A stretch of 36,536 nt of DNA from positions 1 through 36,536 of IMG/VR virus record IMGVR_UViG_3300009155_003695; one strand, given 5' to 3'. Of the stretch, positions 31,957 to 36,536 are shown in pieces. How positions within the stretch are numbered: position 1 is the stretch's first letter; the number at the start of each line of letters is the position of its first letter. The translations under genes were made by a program, and so were the position numbers. The DNA comes from a virus. Its lineage: Duplodnaviria; Caudoviricetes. A model generated the notes under the pieces. It saw only the letters and a list, made by a program, of their open reading frames with translations, had not been told where the DNA came from and searched no databases.

Positions 31957-34613
31957 TCAAATTCAAATAAACTTTGGAAAGTGTTTGTGGTGTTGGTAGC
32001 AGATGCAAGATCCCAATCCAACACGCCCAATAAGTTATCGATCTTTTGATCAATTACTGTGGCCTCCATCTCGGCATCATCAAATGGCAGTTCTTTAAAC
32101 CAAGTTGGCAGATGCAATTCATCTGTGGGATACCCAATTGAGGTCCATCCCAATGCATTGGATTTTAATTTGCAAACAATAGTTTTCATACCATCAACAA
32201 TTTGCAAACTGTAGTTGTCTCCGTTCATACGACGCAACGTATTCCAATTTAATGCGGCTCGCACATGTCCTGGCATGTTAGCTTTGCCTTCACGCTCTTC
32301 TTTTTTGCCATACATGGTCAAGTTATTGACACGTTTGGGAGTACCTTTCTCCCAACCAGGTCGCTCTTTGAATTCGTATTTGAAGTCACGAATCTTTTCT
32401 ACAATTGCATCTCTACTGGAGCCGGTAAGCACTTCGTTCAGCACTTCACTTAAAAAGTCTTGAATGACTTTTGGTGTGTCACTGCGCTTCAAGTCTAGTC
32501 CCATGGCCTTGACCTTGCCTGGCTTGCCGTCTACATCTGTGCGCTTGCCTTCTTTGTCATAATACAATACAGCATAACGCTTCTTGGTAATGAACAAGCC
32601 CTTGCTGGCAACAATCTCACGCCCACCTTTGATGATTGATCCCATGTCGCGTGGGCAGTGAAATGCTTGCTCCATGAATCCCGGAAAACTGTTGTTGACT
32701 TGTTCGGCAATGCTGTCATACAATTGAACGCAAATTTCTTTGTTCCACTCTATACGACCCTCTTCAACTTCTTTTCTCAACACCCCCCAAGCGGAAAAAT
32801 AGCAAGAGTCTGTGTCACCATAGATAATAGTTTCTCCAGTATGATCATACTTGCCAGTGATACACTCGTTGACATAAGCATCCATGTGCTTGGCAATGCT
32901 CCGACTAGTCAGTGTGGTTGACTGTCCAATACGCTTGTCAAAAAATCTGCAACCAGGATTAAGAATAGCACCGTACAAGCTGTTCAAATTAATCTTCTTA
33001 ACCAATTGTCGCTTGTCCCAGTACTCCTCATCTTCTTTGTTTGTGCATTGCTTTAGTTTGGCCTGCATTTCTTTACGTTCAGCATACCAGCGTTCCAGCA
33101 ATCCGGGAATGATACCCTTTTTCTCATAGGTCATGATGGTACCATTGGCTGTGAGAATCCAAGGTTGATTTGAATCAAATATCATGTGCCAGATCTCGGC
33201 CGCCGAATGTACGCTTTCCTCACCACCTTGCCAGTCGATTGTGATCTCAGTACCACGTTGTTGATCCATCACAGCAGTATATTCCAAACTGGCAAATAAA
33301 CCTTCCCATGATGCGGCAAAGCTCATGCCTTTAGACATATTCTCTTTGATGAGTCTATCGGTCATTATTGGCCGAAGTTGACCAATGATCGTTTCGGGTC
33401 CCATGTTAAGAGCACGGATCGCTGAGGGGTAGAGCGAGTTAATGTCAATGCTTCCGATGTATTCGTGGATCCCTTTTTTGGGATAAGCAACATAGGCACC
33501 TGCGGCTTGCGTGTCTTCATCAGTGAGTCTTTCTTTTCGGTTAGGAACTACCATTCCACGATCGTGGGCTTCATTAATAATCGCTTGCTCGGTCACGGCC
33601 ACGGCACCCATTGTGGTCTGCAATAGCACTGTGTTTTCGTGCGCCAGTGTGTTGGCAAGATCTAAAAACTTGAGTTTTTTATCAAGCTTGGCCAACAGCA
33701 ATGTATCTTGTCGGTTATACTCGATAAATGTTTTAAAGTTTTGATTGTAGAGCTGATCCAGTGTGCCTTCAAAAGCAGTCTTGCGTTCATCTAGTTCATA
33801 TTCCCCGATGGCATCTAGACTGTAACTGTGACGTTCTTCATATGTGTACTTGCGATACAGTTGCATATAGTCCATATGCACACGACCAATCAAGTCATAT
33901 GTTTGATTCTCTGCACCGTATCGTTCAAACATTCTTTGTTTGGGCAACTGTCCCCAAAGACAAAATCTGCGGGTGTCATCTTTGCTGAGAACTCGTGTTA
34001 CACGATTCACAGTATACGGAATATCAAAGCCCTCGCTGTTCCATCCACTAAGTGCATCTGCATCTTCAATTAAGTCAAGAAACGTTTTGAGCAACTCTTT
34101 TTCGTTTTGGAATATAAGAGTGTTTTCAAACTCGCTGGCAATCTCCTGTGCGGTTTCCTGGCTCATGTGACGTGGTGAGATCACAAGAGTGACCAGTTGA
34201 TCTAGCCAGCTCAAGTAAACTGAAATTGCAGTAATAGGATTGAAAGGATCGTCTGGGCGACTAAAACCTCGCTCAGGGTCAAAGTCAACTTCAATGTCAA
34301 AAAACGCCACATTAAGTTTTGGTGCGTCATTGCCTTTGTAGTTTTCTTCTAAACAACGAAAAACTGGATTAATGTCTGACTCATACAGTTGTTTGCCAGA
34401 CTGAATGCGAATTTCCTTGCGAAACTCTTTGTTGTTACGTGTGCTGAATCTTGATACTGGATTACCAAAGATACTTTGGAACTTGCCGCGTGGGTCGTCA
34501 TAATAAAAAACATAACTGGCTGGGTACTCGCGGTACTCTCTCTTGCCATTACGTCTTTCTACAACATGAATGCGATCGTGCTCACGATCAAATAGTGCAT
34601 CTACATAACTCAT
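31953..34613 (-). CDS. Family B DNA polymerase (gp43-like)
   Basis: Exonuclease motifs FDIEV, GWNSEGFDIPY, YNRQD; polymerase motifs DINSLYP, KINLNSLYG, YGDTDS, KKRY. Confidence 0.97.
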   Translation of the reverse strand: MSYVDALFDREHDRIHVVERRNGKREYREYPASYVFYYDDPRGKFQSIFGNPVSRFSTRNNKEFRKEIRIQSGKQLYESDINPVFRCLEENYKGNDAPKLNVAFFDIEVDFDPERGFSRPDDPFNPITAISVYLSWLDQLVTLVISPRHMSQETAQEIASEFENTLIFQNEKELLKTFLDLIEDADALSGWNSEGFDIPYTVNRVTRVLSKDDTRRFCLWGQLPKQRMFERYGAENQTYDLIGRVHMDYMQLYRKYTYEERHSYSLDAIGEYELDERKTAFEGTLDQLYNQNFKTFIEYNRQDTLLLAKLDKKLKFLDLANTLAHENTVLLQTTMGAVAVTEQAIINEAHDRGMVVPNRKERLTDEDTQAAGAYVAYPKKGIHEYIGSIDINSLYPSAIRALNMGPETIIGQLRPIMTDRLIKENMSKGMSFAASWEGLFASLEYTAVMDQQRGTEITIDWQGGEESVHSAAEIWHMIFDSNQPWILTANGTIMTYEKKGIIPGLLERWYAERKEMQAKLKQCTNKEDEEYWDKRQLVKKINLNSLYGAILNPGCRFFDKRIGQSTTLTSRSIAKHMDAYVNECITGKYDHTGETIIYGDTDSCYFSAWGVLRKEVEEGRIEWNKEICVQLYDSIAEQVNNSFPGFMEQAFHCPRDMGSIIKGGREIVASKGLFITKKRYAVLYYDKEGKRTDVDGKPGKVKAMGLDLKRSDTPKVIQDFLSEVLNEVLTGSSRDAIVEKIRDFKYEFKERPGWEKGTPKRVNNLTMYGKKEEREGKANMPGHVRAALNWNTLRRMNGDNYSLQIVDGMKTIVCKLKSNALGWTSIGYPTDELHLPTWFKELPFDDAEMEATVIDQKIDNLLGVLDWDLASATNTTNTFQSLFEFE

Positions 34614-34675
34614 TAATTCTCCGCTTGTGGCCGGTAAGCCGTTCTACATGCTCGTAATGTGAGCGAGTCAAACAA

Positions 34676-34683
34676 TATTTATA
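34676..34683 (-). promoter_or_regulatory. Exact T4 late promoter consensus TATAAATA
   Basis: Overlaps the stop of the upstream gene, about 60 nt before the polymerase ATG. Confidence 0.55.
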
Positions 34684-34939
34684 GAGTTTTTCCAACAGTT
34701 TCAAGAATTGTTTCAAGCAGTGCGTGATCTTGTTTGGCTTTGCCAAACTCGGCTTTGTGTGCAACTTTAATGGCTTTCTTTAACACAGCAGGTTTAATTT
34801 CAAGTTCTTCTGCAATGGCCTTGATGGTATCATTGAGTCCAGCGTTGAGGGTTTCAACTTCATGCATGACCTGCATGCCTTCGTTGATAATCTGAGTTAG
34901 TTTGATTTTTTGCTCGCCGTTAAATGACTTAGTGTCCAT
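34679..34939 (-). CDS. Small helical protein, possibly T4 DsbA-like dsDNA-binding protein
   Basis: 86 aa coiled-coil then IK.IAEEL.IKP..LKKAIK; AAGGAG SD. Confidence 0.55.
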   Translation of the reverse strand: MDTKSFNGEQKIKLTQIINEGMQVMHEVETLNAGLNDTIKAIAEELEIKPAVLKKAIKVAHKAEFGKAKQDHALLETILETVGKTL

Positions 34940-34961
34940 GTTGATTCTCCTTTAATGTGTT

Positions 34962-34990
34962 AGTATATGTGAGTTGACCTAGTATGTCAA
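34962..34990 (-). promoter_or_regulatory. Sigma70 promoter
   Basis: TTGACA-17-TATACT. Confidence 0.85.
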
Positions 34991-34994
34991 CCTA

Positions 34995-36059
34995 TTAGGC
35001 AAGGCCGCCATGTAAAAATACGCCATCCAGATGTTTAACTTTATCAAGTTCAGCTTGCGCCAATTGGTATTCCTGGTGATTGGGATCAAATGCGTCAACT
35101 TGTCTGAATTCATGTTCCGAATAAGATTTCCAATCAGTTATTCTAGCATACTCAACTATGTCGGCACCAAACGTTTTGGCTAAATTATAAAATTCAACAA
35201 TCTCTTGATAGTTTGCCTGTTGTACTACCATACGCAAACTGATTTCCATTTGGTTATTATTTTTCTTTTGTTGGATCCAAGCTAGTGCGTGTTGCAGATC
35301 TTCCCATTTTCCACCACGGCGCAATTTTTCGTATGTGTGTTTTTGAGCGGCATCTACAGAGACTGTAATTTTCTCAACTCGCTGTTCAAGGACACCAAGT
35401 CGATACCAATTCTTTTCAGCCAGGAGCCCGTTTGTTTGTAGTCGCAACCGTAGTTCCGGAAAGTCGTTGGGGTTGATTGCACCCAAGAAAGACAGCAACA
35501 TTGGGCTTGCAAATACTTCGCCACTGGAACTAATATGCAAGGTAACAGATTCGTTGCTGGGTTTTGAAAACAAATTATTTTTTATAATTTGCCCCAATGC
35601 TTCAAGCTTGTCAACTTCTTCGGGAGTATTTTTAATTACTTTAGTCCTGCAACTAGGACAACTTAAATTGCAAGTTAAATCCCCCGAGATCCAAATCTCT
35701 CGAGGCATGATGAACACATAGGGATTGTTTATTAGATTTCTAAATACAGGATCTTGTATGCTGTCGTGGTCAATCAGTTGATTGTTGCCCAGTACACCGC
35801 AACGTTGCTCATTGCAGTATTCGTATGTGCCGTCTGAAATGCTTTGTCGTATTGCCACGCTTTTTTCGTTGGCTAGAATATCTTGTATGTTTTCTTTAAA
35901 CAAGTTGCCAACACGACTGGGCAACCAAGCACGACAATCACATAATCCAATTTCGCCCCCAACACCTACATCTAGAACAACATATGGGCTTAGACAAATT
36001 TTATTTTGTAAATTTTTCTTTGAAAATTTTTGAAGGAACGCAACTGGAAATGTTTTCAT
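34995..36059 (-). CDS. Radical SAM protein with N-terminal SPASM/twitch-like Cys cluster
   Basis: CNLSCPSC, SGEVF, QTNG, SVDA....YEKLRRGG.W; N-terminal C..P...C.C...GN...C...C. Confidence 0.85.
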   Translation of the reverse strand: MKTFPVAFLQKFSKKNLQNKICLSPYVVLDVGVGGEIGLCDCRAWLPSRVGNLFKENIQDILANEKSVAIRQSISDGTYEYCNEQRCGVLGNNQLIDHDSIQDPVFRNLINNPYVFIMPREIWISGDLTCNLSCPSCRTKVIKNTPEEVDKLEALGQIIKNNLFSKPSNESVTLHISSSGEVFASPMLLSFLGAINPNDFPELRLRLQTNGLLAEKNWYRLGVLEQRVEKITVSVDAAQKHTYEKLRRGGKWEDLQHALAWIQQKKNNNQMEISLRMVVQQANYQEIVEFYNLAKTFGADIVEYARITDWKSYSEHEFRQVDAFDPNHQEYQLAQAELDKVKHLDGVFLHGGLA

Positions 36060-36067
36060 TTATAAAA

Positions 36068-36153
36068 GCTCACTTTGTGCATCAAGGTAGCGAATCTCTT
36101 CGCACAGGCAGCAGCCGCCTACACCACGGTAACAAGTACCGGTCCTAAGGTGT
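36068..36153 (-). ncRNA. Candidate structured RNA (multi-stem with 3' pseudoknot)
   Basis: Stems ACACC/GGTGT, CGGTA/TACCG, AGGC/GCCT and GTGC/GCAC; loop TTCGCT can pair with 3' AGTGAG. Confidence 0.6.
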
Positions 36154-36384
36154 GTTCTTTAGTGTGTAGTATACCTCTACTTGATTTAGCATTTCTTTGA
36201 GGGTGGGGTCATATTCTGACTGCCGAAGTATTTCGTTCCACTTAGACATAAATCGTTGAGTTTGTGCAGTGCGATGAGTATCGTAACCAACGATAACACG
36301 ATCGGTTTCGCCAATGCCACGAGCATAAATTACTCCATTTGCTCGTTCATAAATGTAAGTTTTATCTGGGGTTAGACCACTCAT
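36145..36384 (-). CDS. Hypothetical protein
   Basis: 79 aa (YIYER..G.IYAR..G); TAATG overlap. Confidence 0.75.
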   Translation of the reverse strand: MSGLTPDKTYIYERANGVIYARGIGETDRVIVGYDTHRTAQTQRFMSKWNEILRQSEYDPTLKEMLNQVEVYYTLKNTP

Positions 36385-36536
36385 TAAAATTTACGATGTT
36401 TTGGTTTGTAAGAAATTTTGCTTTCGGTTAAGCCGTCTGTTGCGCTCTCTGACTTGGGCTTTTGATGATGCTTTTTCATATTGATAGCAATGGCAGCTTG
36501 TTGTGCTGGATTTGCGGCTTCCGCCACACCTTGCTC
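36384..36536 (-). CDS. C-terminal end of a charged low-complexity protein (possible internal head protein)
   Basis: Open frame from the window edge: EQGVAEAANPAQQAAIAINMKKHHQKPKSESATDGLTESKISYKPKHRKF-stop. Confidence 0.6.
   Translation of the reverse strand, partial: EQGVAEAANPAQQAAIAINMKKHHQKPKSESATDGLTESKISYKPKHRKF

Noticed and set aside
2616-34549. Short alternative-frame minus-strand ORFs nested in larger genes (e.g. 4812-5123, 25894-26184, 34349-34549)
   Set aside because: They are fully overlapped by motif-bearing genes and have unnatural composition.
31953-34613. Intein or intron in the DNA polymerase
   Set aside because: The ORF is a continuous 886 aa with normally spaced motifs and no splice-junction signature.
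566-36033. All plus-strand ORFs in the track (e.g. 3951-4502, 7557-8189, 26682-27098)
   Set aside because: They are antisense shadows of well-supported minus-strand genes, with no motifs, SD or promoters.
36079-36147. Pyrrolysine or read-through element after the TAG of 36145-36384
   Set aside because: Read-through adds only about 21 residues before a TGA and does not reach the next gene. The structure is better explained as an independent RNA.

Overview
A 36.5 kb segment of a large T4-like (myovirus-type) dsDNA phage genome. All credible genes lie on the minus strand. In transcription order (right to left) it has five parts. (1) A replication block: family B DNA polymerase and a sliding-clamp-like protein, preceded by a radical SAM gene and a strongly structured intergenic RNA candidate. 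(2) A ~21 kb modification and metabolism island. It combines a 7-deazaguanine pathway (DpdA/TGT-fold transglycosylase, FolE, QueD, QueE and a second T-fold protein with LxxxHRHxF; no QueC/QueF in the window) with three glycosyltransferase-like genes, NDP-sugar tailoring enzymes (RmlB-like dehydratase, C-methyltransferase, GalE, DegT-like, cytidylyltransferase), MetK, an MBD4-like glycosylase, HIT, PsiE and a secreted subtilase. (3) An RNase H / 5'-3' exonuclease. (4) An array of small early genes, each behind a near-identical sigma70 promoter cassette. (5) An ArfA-like peptide, a MazG-like enzyme, tRNA(CAU) and the start of a late virion gene. The best candidate for an undescribed system is a glycosylated or otherwise hypermodified 7-deazaguanine DNA modification pathway, possibly controlled by cis-acting RNA leaders. 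All calls come from motifs read by eye; no database searches were run.
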